Shown here: one piece after another, positions 1 through 9,826 of the stretch
How positions within the stretch are numbered: position 1 is the first letter of the stretch
How the letters are laid out: the number at the start of each line of letters is the position of its first letter
Assembly: GCA_000999025.1 (NCBI GenBank)
Contig: LCFM01000001.1
Span: 1,198-65,197 of the forward strand
Reading direction: 5' to 3'
DNA from: Parcubacteria group bacterium GW2011_GWA2_43_13
GTDB taxonomy: Bacteria > Patescibacteriota > Patescibacteriia > UBA9629 > GWA2-43-13
Length of the DNA stretch: 64,000 nt
The notes under the pieces: generated by a model
What the model was told of the DNA's origin: nothing
Database searches by the model: none
The model's input: the letters and a program-made list of their open reading frames with translations, nothing else
Position numbers and translations under genes: made by a program

Positions 1-1200
1 GGCAAGACCGGTGCTTGCATTAAGCCCGGCTACTCCAAATCGTGTTGCCCCACCAATTGTAGTAAACCATCCACCTGCATATACGGTGTTGCCATCAGCG
101 CTTACTACCAATGCTTTCACCCCAGCGGCAGCAGATTCATTTGGATTCCAAGCGGTTATATTGCCCGTAGATGTATCAAATGCCGCGATACCATTCCGCG
201 TATTGGCTCCATTGTTAAAAGAAGTAAACCATCCGCCAGCATAGAGCGTGGTGCCATAGAGGGCTAAACTTAATACCGTACTATCACCATATGGCGTCCA
301 TGCATTTAAATTCCCTGTTGTTGTATTATAGGATGCGAGATATGGCCGTTCCTCACATCCTAATTCAGAATCCATGCACCAAAAATCCCCGCCAACATAC
401 AACGTTGTCCCATCTATCAAAAGCGCATATACATATGAATCCGGCTGGGGAACCCACGCAGTAGCATTGCCTGTCGTCGTATCCAATGCCGCTAAATACC
501 ATCGTGCCTGTCCACCAATGGTAGTAAACCATCCGCCAACATATAATGTTGTTCCAGTAAGAGCCATGGTAAGGACTTCAGCATTACCATTTGGATTCCA
601 GGCCGTGGCATTCCCTGTCGTGGTATCCAATGCGGCAATATAGTTCCGTGTCTGACCGCCAATAGTAGTAAAAGCTCCGCCGACGTATAATGTTGAGCCA
701 TTTAAGAGTAAAGAATAAACCATTCCATTTGCATTTGGGTTCCATGATCCATCAAGTGTACCGTTGGAATTGATATGAGCAATATAATTCCTACTAACTC
801 CTCCAACAAGTATAAATTCACCGCCAATATACCACCCGCCAGAGCCATCAGAAACAACTGCATTAACAGCATAATCCACACTCGGAAAAGGCGTCACAGC
901 CGCTCCGGTTGCAGTACTTACCGGCACCCCAAACCCGCCTTCATTCGGGCCAGCGACATAAGAACTCGCATTGCCGACATACTGTGTCCCATCGCTGGCA
1001 ACGGTTATTGCTGAATACGCATCTCTCATCGGGTACTCTGGAACCCACTGTGTCCCCTCTGGCGTTGCTTCCACAATCCCCAACACCTCTCCTCTGGAAG
1101 ATGGAGATGGCGCGGTCAACTTTCGAAAAACAAAAAAGCCAACCACGGCAACACATATAATAACAATGCTTGCAAAAAGAAAAATGGTTTTTTTACTCAT
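1..1200 (-). CDS. Secreted/anchored beta-propeller repeat protein, partial (N-terminus at 1200, C-terminus beyond the window start)
   Basis: Missed by the ORF track. Reverse-complement translation from ATG at 1200 gives MSKKTIFLFASIVIICVAVVGFFVF (signal/anchor), then at least 7 roughly 47-aa repeats of the form TG(N)ATAWNPN.NG.V..L.L.G.TLYVGG.FT.IGG..RNYIAALD. The frame stays open to position 1. Confidence 0.6.
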   Translation of the reverse strand, partial: MSKKTIFLFASIVIICVAVVGFFVFRKLTAPSPSSRGEVLGIVEATPEGTQWVPEYPMRDAYSAITVASDGTQYVGNASSYVAGPNEGGFGVPVSTATGAAVTPFPSVDYAVNAVVSDGSGGWYIGGEFILVGGVSRNYIAHINSNGTLDGSWNPNANGMVYSLLLNGSTLYVGGAFTTIGGQTRNYIAALDTTTGNATAWNPNGNAEVLTMALTGTTLYVGGWFTTIGGQARWYLAALDTTTGNATAWVPQPDSYVYALLIDGTTLYVGGDFWCMDSELGCEERPYLASYNTTTGNLNAWTPYGDSTVLSLALYGTTLYAGGWFTSFNNGANTRNGIAAFDTSTGNITAWNPNESAAAGVKALVVSADGNTVYAGGWFTTIGGATRFGVAGLNASTGLA

Positions 1201-1285
1201 AGATTCTTCATCTAAAATTTATTCTTTTATTATATCACTCCCTCTGCAATTGTAACACATTTTTGTCAAATTGATGTACGATGCC

Positions 1286-2848
1286 TTATGTAATTGACCG
1301 GTCTCTCATTTTTCCCATCAGCATCTCTTTCACCATTTGTGGGTTGGCTTTTCCTTTACTTTCTTTCATCACGCTCCCCACTAAAAACATAATGGCATTT
1401 TCTTTGCCGCCCTTGTAATCCGTAACCACTGAAGGATTTTCCGCTATCGCTTTGGCAATAAGCGCATCTAATTCCGCTGAATCAGAAACCTGTTCCAACC
1501 CTTCCTGCCCCATAATAGAGCGAGGGTCATCGCCTGTCTCAAACACTTTTCCCAAAATTACTTGAGCCGCAGAACTATTCACCTTATGTTCAAACACTAA
1601 TGCAAGCAACTCTGCAAAATTTTCCGGCGTTACTTTTGTATCTCGCAATCGCGCGCCGCTTGCATTAAGCACTGTCGCAAGTTTATTAATAAGCCAATTC
1701 CCAACTAATTGCGCTAATTTTTTCCCATGCTTTTCCCATACTTCTTCAGCGCTTCCTTCTGTTGTTTCCAAAGAGAGGAGCCATGCTCTTAATTCTGTAA
1801 TTGTCTGCTCGGCAAACTCTGCCCAATCGCGATCTTCGGTCAACACATACGCGTCTGCGTAACTAAACTCGTACTGGCTGATAAACCGCGCGCGCATCTG
1901 TTGGGGAAGTTCTGGTAATGATTCACGCAATTGTGGGATGGAGATAATACCTCCCCCTACCCCCTCCTTATCAAGGGAACGGCCACCAGTAAGATCAAAC
2001 CGCAAAGGCGGAATATCAGGGTCTGGGAAATAGCGATAATCTTTTGCATCTTCTTTTTCCCTCTGCACAATGGTTTCGCCTTTATGTTCATCCCATCCTC
2101 GTGTTGACTGCGCTGACGGAGGATTCCCCTGTTCCCATAATTTTGTGAGACGTTTGATCTCATATTCCAATGCCTTTTCAACGGCGCGGAAAGAATTGAG
2201 GTTTTTGATCTCTGTCTTGGGGTATAATTGTGTATCTCCTGCAGGACGCAAACTAATATTGGCATCACATCGCAAATGCCCTTTTTCCATATCTGCGTCA
2301 GAAATATCCAGCGCGCGCGCGAGCATGCGCAATTCTTTCAAAAATAACCCGGCTTGCGCAGAGGTGCGGACATCCGGTTCTGTTACAATTTCTATCAACG
2401 GTGTTCCTGCGCGATTATGATCAACCACGCTTGATCCAGGGGTGTGGTCATGCAATAATTTTGCCGCGTCTTCTTCCAAATGCAACCGATGAATACGAAT
2501 AGGCATCTGCTCTCCTCCATCATTCAATACAACAACCCCCTTGGTACCAAGGGGCTGATCATACTGAGATATTTGATACCCTTTCGGAAGGTCAGGATAA
2601 AAATAGTGCTTCCGATCAAATTTTGATTGTTCAGGAATATCGCACTCAAGCGCAAGCGCCATTTTCAGCGCAGAAATAATTGCATCCCGATTCGGAACAG
2701 GAAGCGTGCCCGGATGGGCAAGATCAATTTCATGTATCGCAGTGTTCATTGGCGCGTATTCACCACGATTATCCGCAGGAGAAAACATTTTGGAACATGT
2801 TTTCAATTGGATATGAATTTCAAGTCCGATAATAGTTTCAAGCGTCAT
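1286..2848 (-). CDS. gatB: Asp/Glu-tRNA amidotransferase subunit B
   Basis: MTLETIIGLEIHIQL... and the downstream sequence are GatB/GatE-like. Start chosen at MTLET (2848), which gives an ATGA overlap with the upstream gene. Confidence 0.85.
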   Translation of the reverse strand: MTLETIIGLEIHIQLKTCSKMFSPADNRGEYAPMNTAIHEIDLAHPGTLPVPNRDAIISALKMALALECDIPEQSKFDRKHYFYPDLPKGYQISQYDQPLGTKGVVVLNDGGEQMPIRIHRLHLEEDAAKLLHDHTPGSSVVDHNRAGTPLIEIVTEPDVRTSAQAGLFLKELRMLARALDISDADMEKGHLRCDANISLRPAGDTQLYPKTEIKNLNSFRAVEKALEYEIKRLTKLWEQGNPPSAQSTRGWDEHKGETIVQREKEDAKDYRYFPDPDIPPLRFDLTGGRSLDKEGVGGGIISIPQLRESLPELPQQMRARFISQYEFSYADAYVLTEDRDWAEFAEQTITELRAWLLSLETTEGSAEEVWEKHGKKLAQLVGNWLINKLATVLNASGARLRDTKVTPENFAELLALVFEHKVNSSAAQVILGKVFETGDDPRSIMGQEGLEQVSDSAELDALIAKAIAENPSVVTDYKGGKENAIMFLVGSVMKESKGKANPQMVKEMLMGKMRDRSIT

Positions 2849-3660
2849 ACATTTTTCTTTACATCTTGATATAGCACCCATGTCCCGCTGACAAAATAGG
2901 GAGCAATAAGCATAGTCACAACTAATTGCGAAAGTTCAATCCACCAAATTGTTTCCGCGCCTTCACGAAACCCCTCACCAGGAGCGCCAATCAGCAATCC
3001 GATAATAAACACCATACCATACAACGCAATCACTGAAACGGCTAGCCCGACTATCACAAGCCATGCGGAACGAATAAAAAGCGCGCACCATTTTCCTCGC
3101 ACCAACGCGATACTCTTGCGCACCGTGTCGCTCATTGAGCAGTGCTCATCAATCAATACATATAAAGGGAAGGAAAAATAAACACTCAACGCAAAAAATA
3201 CCGCAAGAATCAGTAAAAATGTAATCACCGAAGCGCCTGGGATGTGCAGAGAAAACGCAGTTAACACAACCATTGGAAGTGAAACGATAAGAATGGCAAG
3301 CAATGACACTATCACCACAATCGCCACAATGCCGACAGCGGCTGGAAGATAGACCAGCGTTGATAAGAGATGTTTTTTAGAAAACCCACCACTCTCTCCT
3401 TGTGAATACTGTTTCATTGCCCGAATCAGGCACAGTTGAACCAATAACGCCAATAGTCCAAAAAAAACATAAAACACAATAGTTAAAAGTAATGTGTATC
3501 CTCCAAAATAAATGAGCTGGCCTATAGCATGGACAATAATCAGCGGAAGAATATACCATTTCACAAGGTGTAAAAATTCTCGCCAATGAGCACGAACAAC
3601 ACACCATGCTTCACTCACAAGCTGTTGCGAAGAAATCAGCCCGATTGTTTTATTTTTCAT
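2845..3660 (-). CDS. Polytopic membrane protein of unknown function
   Basis: 271-aa ORF with multiple hydrophobic helices; 4-nt overlaps with both neighbours. Confidence 0.55.
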   Translation of the reverse strand: MKNKTIGLISSQQLVSEAWCVVRAHWREFLHLVKWYILPLIIVHAIGQLIYFGGYTLLLTIVFYVFFGLLALLVQLCLIRAMKQYSQGESGGFSKKHLLSTLVYLPAAVGIVAIVVIVSLLAILIVSLPMVVLTAFSLHIPGASVITFLLILAVFFALSVYFSFPLYVLIDEHCSMSDTVRKSIALVRGKWCALFIRSAWLVIVGLAVSVIALYGMVFIIGLLIGAPGEGFREGAETIWWIELSQLVVTMLIAPYFVSGTWVLYQDVKKNV

Positions 3661-4346
3661 AGAACATTTTTTGTAATATGAGGAAGTACCTTTTTGTATA
3701 GTGTATCATGAATTTCTTGCTTGGACAAAAGGATTCCGTCGGGCGCGCACTCAACTAACTCGATAGCGTCATAGACCGTGGTTAAATCACAATACGCAGA
3801 TCGCGCGGCTGACAAGTGAGCAGTATTTTTTTCATGGATATCCTGCTTTTTATCGCCTAAATATTCACGTTGCGATTTTTCCAAAATAAGCGCTTGAGAA
3901 ATCTCAACCGGCATGGAAAGAATAAATGTCCAATCAGGTCGCGGTATGCCAAACACGTCGTATTCCATAGCCGACAACCATTCCCAAAATTTTTTTCGCT
4001 CTTCAAGCGTTGCAAAATGCGCTCCCTGATGCCCCATATTACTTGAAACATACCGGTTCGCGAGCACGACTTTTCCCTCATTCAGCCAGACGAGTAATTT
4101 CTTTTTTGCCGCAAACCGATCAATCGTGTAAAACAGCGAGGCGACATAGGGGGAAATATCTTCAAACTCGCCATATCTGCCATTGAGATACTCTTCAATC
4201 GGGCCAGCTGATTTTGAACCATATTGAGGGAAATCAATGGTTTCAACTGCATATCCTTCGGTTTGCAGACGCTTTGCAAGTAACATATGCTGGGTGCCTT
4301 TCCCTGACCCATCCGTGCCGTCGAGAACAATCAATGTACCTTTCAT
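3657..4346 (-). CDS. tmk: Thymidylate kinase
   Basis: P-loop LDGTDGSGKGTQ with dTMP kinase-like architecture. Confidence 0.85.
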   Translation of the reverse strand: MKGTLIVLDGTDGSGKGTQHMLLAKRLQTEGYAVETIDFPQYGSKSAGPIEEYLNGRYGEFEDISPYVASLFYTIDRFAAKKKLLVWLNEGKVVLANRYVSSNMGHQGAHFATLEERKKFWEWLSAMEYDVFGIPRPDWTFILSMPVEISQALILEKSQREYLGDKKQDIHEKNTAHLSAARSAYCDLTTVYDAIELVECAPDGILLSKQEIHDTLYKKVLPHITKNVL

Positions 4347-4472
4347 ACAATATCAAATTTCAAATGGCAAATATCAAATCAAACCCTAATGACAAAATAA
4401 AAAATTGTTTATTCTGTATTTTGGCATTCATTTGTAATGTGTCATTACGATTACATATTATCGAAATGTATA

Positions 4473-5930
4473 CTACGACTTCAACGCCTGTTCAAATTGT
4501 GCTGGTGTACCAACTGTCGAAAGATATTCCCCACTTGTATCAACGCGAATATATTTCGCCAACAACGGATGCACCTGTTCAATCGTGGAATACAATTGCT
4601 GTGCGATACGGCGATACGACGGATGCCCCTTCGGCGTTGAACGCAAGGCAATCACATGATGAAGTTCGCGTAAATTCCATGACACTAATGTCCGTTTTCG
4701 ATATGCAAGAGGAACACAATACTGCGCCTCATATGGAAAATCACCGGATACCTCATGATACAATTCTGCGGCGCGTGCCATCGCGGTTTCAAACTCGGAT
4801 TCAAGATGCGCCTCTGATATTTTGTACGGCATCTCATACCCATGAACCACAGTAACATCTTGGTTCATCTGCGTGCTCATGCGATGCCGTTGGATATCGC
4901 GAAACGCGCCATAGTCCATTAAGATATCATGCATATACTCCACAACCTCGCACTCCCGAGGAGGAGCATCAAAAGGGCCGCGTTGTACGAAACTGGCATC
5001 CACGATGCGTTCTTTTTCGCGCCAACTCATGCGCGAGGCGGTCTGAAAAATCTGATGATACGACTGCTGACCTCCGTGATACAGCAACGCGGTTATATAC
5101 TTTTCAACTGCCAGCGGATCATGCCACACCAATTCTACAGCCGATCGCGGTTGCTCCGGCGAGATACCTTCATAATGGTTGCACGATTCTGTGCGAATCA
5201 ATTCAACGTGCTGTTTGATATACTCCCGCTCATCTGCGAATTTAATCAACGTCGGAGTCACTTTCAACGCAACTTCTTTCATTTCCCTGCCAATAGCGCG
5301 AAGCTCTTCCAATGGATGAGAAAGAAATTTTACCAAAGCGTATTCAAGCCCGCGCGCATTGATTGTCATTCCAAGGTTGGTATATGTCGCGGTTGGCAAC
5401 AAATAACGCGCAACATCGCATGCCTGCGCTTTGCAAGATGCTTCCCAATATTTTAAGGGCTGATCAGCAGTAAGCGGTTGTTGTTTTTTTATATACTCAA
5501 TCAATTTACCGACAACTATCTCGTACTTTTCAAACATATCATCAAGCGTATCTTGATAACGCGCGCCATATTTTGATTGCATAACAGATGCAGGTTTGTA
5601 ATACCTGCCTTTGTCAAAAATCTGATACCGCGTTGATTTTTCAGTATACGAAGCCAGGCGATTATCCTCAATCACTTTGCTCGCGAGAATGGATACGTTC
5701 TCTATGGCAATAGAAAGAACCGCGTGTTCCGCGACTGATGCATGGCCATACCCAACAACCCATTTTTCATGAAACTGAGCAGACGATGCAGCAGTCAATT
5801 CTTTGGCAATATCTTTAAACGATTCAGGAGAACGCGATGTCTTGGCAAAGGCAACAGCAACAACCTCAGGACTTAACCCAAGGTCGTTCATCGTGTAGAT
5901 ATGTCTGTCGGTATCTGATGGAGAAAACAT
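4473..5930 (-). CDS. thyX: Flavin-dependent thymidylate synthase ThyX, tandem (two-domain) form
   Basis: GHASVAEH motif. First half carries a ThyX-like DNRLASYTEKSTRY (RHR replaced by DNR); second half carries RHRMSTQMNQ. At 485 aa it is about twice a normal ThyX. Confidence 0.75.
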   Translation of the reverse strand: MFSPSDTDRHIYTMNDLGLSPEVVAVAFAKTSRSPESFKDIAKELTAASSAQFHEKWVVGYGHASVAEHAVLSIAIENVSILASKVIEDNRLASYTEKSTRYQIFDKGRYYKPASVMQSKYGARYQDTLDDMFEKYEIVVGKLIEYIKKQQPLTADQPLKYWEASCKAQACDVARYLLPTATYTNLGMTINARGLEYALVKFLSHPLEELRAIGREMKEVALKVTPTLIKFADEREYIKQHVELIRTESCNHYEGISPEQPRSAVELVWHDPLAVEKYITALLYHGGQQSYHQIFQTASRMSWREKERIVDASFVQRGPFDAPPRECEVVEYMHDILMDYGAFRDIQRHRMSTQMNQDVTVVHGYEMPYKISEAHLESEFETAMARAAELYHEVSGDFPYEAQYCVPLAYRKRTLVSWNLRELHHVIALRSTPKGHPSYRRIAQQLYSTIEQVHPLLAKYIRVDTSGEYLSTVGTPAQFEQALKS

Positions 5931-5950
5931 AGTTTGTACAGCGATCTGAA

Positions 5951-6008
5951 TTTACGAATAACGCTCCGTATTCGTAGATTAGAATGTATTCGTAGATTAG
6001 GATTGTAT
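5951..6008. repeat. Family C element upstream of thyX: TACGAATA...TATTCGTA palindrome plus two ATTCGTAGATT direct repeats
   Basis: ATTCGTAGATTAGAATGTATTCGTAGATTAGGATTG; compare 20195-20234 ATTCGTAGATTCGGATGTCATTCGCAGATTGGGATTG. Confidence 0.65.
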
Positions 6009-6009
6009 A

Positions 6010-7125
6010 TTACCAAGCATTTTTAAAATGCTTTGAAAGCTTAGGGCCCAAATCCGTGTAATACGATCCTGCGCTTTGGGAATACACTTTTTCCGGTTGT
6101 TCGCTTAATTTTTCGTAAATCATCTTGCAAATAACCTGGCCATGCGTAATACGAAATGGAACGCTGTGAGGCCTCACTTCCAATACCGCAGTCGCTCCAG
6201 GCACACTGCCATCAACGCCATATCCGAATCCGGGATCAAAAAAACCGGCATAATGAGAACGTAGTTCGCCTGATGATACGTCATAGGCCGCCATTTCACA
6301 TGAATACGGAATAGGAACCCGTATCCGCTCAACTGATGCAAGTAAATAAAAAGAATTCGGCGCAAGAATGAGTTCTTCGCGCTCTTGGCGATAAATCGGT
6401 TCCCAGCATTGTTCAGCTTCAAGTGCTTCGCGCTGGCTTAAATCAATCACAACAGTGCTTGGCTTTGACCGCCAACCGATAATATCTCTGTTCTTTAAAT
6501 CCACGGTTAAAGCCAAAGAATTATTGTGAATATTCAACGCATGGGGAGGAAGCGGTTCATGCGCGTACGGATCAAATACTAATCCATACTGCGAATGTGC
6601 CAGTTTCAAATCAATCGTAGAAAGTTGTTGCGATTCATCGGTCTTAAACCGCAACTGGTTTAAAGAAAGTCCGGAAGAAACGGAAACAACAAACGAGAGA
6701 GGAATCACTTCAATATAGATCGGCCCTTTATACCCTCGCGGCACATAATCAAACTGTGGAGTGGCATCAACCAAAAGCCGCACAAATACATCAACCCTGC
6801 CAATAGAACTTTTCGGGCTTGCAACGGCAAAAATTTCATCAGGAAGCTCAACCGACTCTTGCAAAGGGATGATATAACTCGCATTTTTCTCAAGAATAGT
6901 ATGCTCTTTCAATTCAAAACTATATAAGGTGTATTTTTCAAGCAACTCCGCAATGGTTTCATTTTTTCGCGGTAAAATACTCGATGAAACCCGATATGCT
7001 CGTCGTCCCAATGTCATATCAAGAGACGCCGGCTGGATTTGATCTTCCCGGATACCGACTGATGACACAATCATGGGAGATGCCCCTAAAATCATCTCTT
7101 TGAGTTTTTGATACGGCAAAGTCAT
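6010..7125 (-). CDS. dcd: Long-form dCTP deaminase-like (dUTPase fold) protein
   Basis: Segments align to Dcd: IQPASLDMTLG, FYLLASVERIRVP, VLEVRPHSVPFRITHGQ. About 370 aa, as in the DCD long family. Confidence 0.65.
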   Translation of the reverse strand: MTLPYQKLKEMILGASPMIVSSVGIREDQIQPASLDMTLGRRAYRVSSSILPRKNETIAELLEKYTLYSFELKEHTILEKNASYIIPLQESVELPDEIFAVASPKSSIGRVDVFVRLLVDATPQFDYVPRGYKGPIYIEVIPLSFVVSVSSGLSLNQLRFKTDESQQLSTIDLKLAHSQYGLVFDPYAHEPLPPHALNIHNNSLALTVDLKNRDIIGWRSKPSTVVIDLSQREALEAEQCWEPIYRQEREELILAPNSFYLLASVERIRVPIPYSCEMAAYDVSSGELRSHYAGFFDPGFGYGVDGSVPGATAVLEVRPHSVPFRITHGQVICKMIYEKLSEQPEKVYSQSAGSYYTDLGPKLSKHFKNAW

Positions 7126-7189
7126 AGTGTGTGGGATGTGTCATTGTATCAAACCCACTACCGAGCAACAATGTGAATAAACTGTGCAC

Positions 7190-7228
7190 AAAAAAACCCG
7201 TACTCACCGGGGTGAGCACGGGTTTTGA
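7190..7228 (-). terminator. Rho-independent terminator after the response-regulator gene
   Basis: Minus strand reads AAACCCGUGCUCACCCCGGUGAGUACGGGUUUUUUU: GC stem followed by a U-run. Confidence 0.7.
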
Positions 7229-7238
7229 AATTCCTAAC

Positions 7239-7613
7239 CTATTTGCTTACATGCCCTACAATATAATCAAGCAATTCTGTCAATGAAACCTTTGTTTTAT
7301 AAAAATAATCTTTAATGCCGAGCTTACGTGCCCGATCTCTATCTTCTTCTTGCTCAAGATTCGACCATACAACAATCGGAGGAACTTTAGAACGATTACG
7401 CAACTCCTCCAATACTTCAAAGCCGTTCTTTGTCGGAAGAATAATATCAAGCACCACCAGCCCAATAGGATATTTTTCCAAAAAGCCAATAACCTCTCCG
7501 CCATCTTCGCAGATGAGCGGAATCAATCCCGCGGCCTCAATTTTTAAACTCAATACATGAGCCAACGGCTGATCATCTTCCACAATCAAGATATGTTTGT
7601 GTGTTTTTGACAT
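7239..7613 (-). CDS. Stand-alone response regulator receiver (CheY-like) protein
   Basis: HILIVEDDQPLAHVL...VVLDIILPTKNGFEVL...: acidic pocket and phospho-acceptor Asp in REC-domain context; 124 aa. Confidence 0.8.
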   Translation of the reverse strand: MSKTHKHILIVEDDQPLAHVLSLKIEAAGLIPLICEDGGEVIGFLEKYPIGLVVLDIILPTKNGFEVLEELRNRSKVPPIVVWSNLEQEEDRDRARKLGIKDYFYKTKVSLTELLDYIVGHVSK

Positions 7614-7639
7614 AGATACAACCCAAGGGATACGACCAC

Positions 7640-8317
7640 TTAAACACGTATCCGAACACTCGGACCCATGGTGGATGAAATTGTCACTTTGTGAATAAAC
7701 AATCCTTTGGATCCATCCGGTTTCATCCTCTTTAAGATATCAATAAACGCCTGTATGTTTTCCAGAAGATCTGCAGAAGAAAACGAAGACCTTCCAACTG
7801 CCACATGAACGTTTCCAGTGTCATCGTTTTTAAAACTTACTCTGCCTTGCTTTATTTCAGCGATGGCTTTTTCAATATCTTGAGTAACTGTTCCTGATTT
7901 TGGCGATGGCATGAGCCCTTTAGGGCCTAAAATTTTCGCGATCACTGCCATGCTTTTCATCAGTGCCGGTTCCGCGATTGCGATATCAAAACCAATTTTC
8001 TTTGTAGTTTGAATTTCTTTAATCAAATCATCTCCTCCGGCAATATCAGCGCCTGCTTTTTTTGCCGCTTCAGGATTTGTCGTAAATACCGCCACTTTCT
8101 GCGTTTTCCCGGTACCATGAGGAAGAAGCAATGATCCTCTCACCTGCTGATCGCCCTGGCGCGGATCAATGCCAAGGTTGGCATGAATTTCAATAGTACT
8201 TTCAAACTTCGTTGTCGCTGTTTCTTTTACCTTTTCAACAGCTTCTTCCAGCGAATAATCACGAGATGAATCAACCTTTTTTACAGCGGTCTGATACCGC
8301 TTTGAACGTTGCGCCAT
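7640..8317 (-). CDS. rplA: 50S ribosomal protein L1
   Basis: MAQRSKRYQ...VDSSRDYSLEEAV... is L1-like. Start chosen at MAQRSKRY. Confidence 0.85.
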   Translation of the reverse strand: MAQRSKRYQTAVKKVDSSRDYSLEEAVEKVKETATTKFESTIEIHANLGIDPRQGDQQVRGSLLLPHGTGKTQKVAVFTTNPEAAKKAGADIAGGDDLIKEIQTTKKIGFDIAIAEPALMKSMAVIAKILGPKGLMPSPKSGTVTQDIEKAIAEIKQGRVSFKNDDTGNVHVAVGRSSFSSADLLENIQAFIDILKRMKPDGSKGLFIHKVTISSTMGPSVRIRV

Positions 8318-8722
8318 AATGAAAATCGTGGTAAACGAAAAACGTCTCAAATGTCAGTTATCAGTTGTCAAATATCAAATTTGATCCGCCAGCTATCGGA
8401 GATATTTGAAAACTAACATTTGATCGTCTTTTCTCCCACAATGAAAAATAACCTACAAAATGTATCACAATAGTCAATAAAAGTCAAAACTCATGGGTTA
8501 CCCATTAATGAACTTATTCATATAAAATGTCCCCACAATTAAAGCTATAATGACAAATACCGCTCCGCTAAACTCAAAAAATTGCGGCAAAAAAGCATCC
8601 CCTGAACGCAATCCATTACACCATACCACACGCACTTCTTCAATCGGCTGAACAGCGCATGTTGACATGGTCAACGGAATCGCAAAATGGGTTTCTCCCC
8701 ATGTGATTTCCATATATTCCCA

Positions 8723-9205
8723 TTATGCCGCTTTCCGAGCTAAACGCCAATGGTACAGATACAACGGCAGACCCACCACAATCATGGCAATAGAAATCGC
8801 GGAAGTGCGGTAACGCTCTTGAATATAATACGGGATTTCCTGATCTTGCTGTTTGTTATAATCAGCCAAAAAATCACGCGCCTGCTGTTTTTCTTCTTCG
8901 CTGAACCCACACTTTTCCGCGCAACTAATAACCGCTTCGGCTGTTTGTTTTTCATACGGGACTGGCATAGCAGGATAAAACTGACGGCTATCGGCCTCTG
9001 CTTTTTTAAAAAGCGTTGCTTTCAACCCCATATCAAGCATCCGGACAGAACTAATCACTACCAACACCAACCCGATGATCGAAAATAAATAAATATATAC
9101 TAATCGTATCCAATGCATTTTTTCTGACATAGAAATAAAACAAATAACAATAAACAAAAAACAAATTACCACTACACAGCCGAAAACATATATAGTATAC
9201 CACAA
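8723..9205 (-). CDS. Membrane protein of unknown function
   Basis: 160 aa with three hydrophobic helices; sits between rplA and rplK. Confidence 0.45.
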   Translation of the reverse strand: MWYTIYVFGCVVVICFLFIVICFISMSEKMHWIRLVYIYLFSIIGLVLVVISSVRMLDMGLKATLFKKAEADSRQFYPAMPVPYEKQTAEAVISCAEKCGFSEEEKQQARDFLADYNKQQDQEIPYYIQERYRTSAISIAMIVVGLPLYLYHWRLARKAA

Positions 9206-9212
9206 TCTGTCT

Positions 9213-9243
9213 TAACGACAAAAGCCGCCTATTAAGCGGCTTG
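9213..9243 (-). terminator. Rho-independent terminator downstream of rplK
   Basis: Minus strand reads CAAGCCGCUUAAUAGGCGGCUUUUGUCGUU. Confidence 0.6.
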
Positions 9244-9343
9244 AATGAAATACTCTCTACTAACAAAATACATATTTTTTGTCGCTTGTTTTTTGTTTCT
9301 CTGTTCTTTGGTGTATAGGTTCTTTCGTTTCTCAGTTCTTCTA

Positions 9344-9766
9344 TCACTTCACCTCCACTCCCATCTGACGCGCGGTGCCTGCAATAATCTTCATTGCATT
9401 ATCAACATCATATGCATTCAGATCAGGCATTTTGATCTCTGCAATTTCACGCAACTGATCTTGAGTAATTGATCCTTTTTTTTCAGTACTCGGCTTGCCT
9501 GATCCTTTTTCTATCTTTGCCGCTTTTTTGATCAATTCAGATGCCGGCGGTGTTTTTAAAACAAACGAAAATGTGCGATCTTCATAAATCGTAATCTCAA
9601 CCGGAATAATCTGACCGGTTTTGTCTTTTGTGGCATCATTATATTTTGTGCAAAAATCCTGAATATTAAGTCCATGCGGGCCGAGCGCAGTACCGACAGG
9701 AGGCGCGGGAGTTGCTTTTCCTGCAGGGATTTGTAGTTTTACCATTGCTTTGATTGGTTTTGCCAT
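9344..9766 (-). CDS. rplK: 50S ribosomal protein L11
   Basis: [35 protein letters not shown]... is canonical L11. Confidence 0.9.
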   Translation of the reverse strand: MAKPIKAMVKLQIPAGKATPAPPVGTALGPHGLNIQDFCTKYNDATKDKTGQIIPVEITIYEDRTFSFVLKTPPASELIKKAAKIEKGSGKPSTEKKGSITQDQLREIAEIKMPDLNAYDVDNAMKIIAGTARQMGVEVK

Positions 9767-9826
9767 AGAATATACAACATTCGCGCGAAGCTCTCGAATA
9801 GTAATTCGAAATACGAAACATAATAA

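Noticed and set aside
4214-5456. Long plus-strand ORFs (213 and 175 aa) antisense to thyX
   Set aside because: Entirely embedded antisense to a well-supported gene and of odd composition; typical shadow ORFs.
8498-8713. 71-aa minus-strand ORF between rplA and the membrane-protein gene
   Set aside because: Short, no clear RBS or motif. Could be a small membrane peptide but the evidence is insufficient to call.
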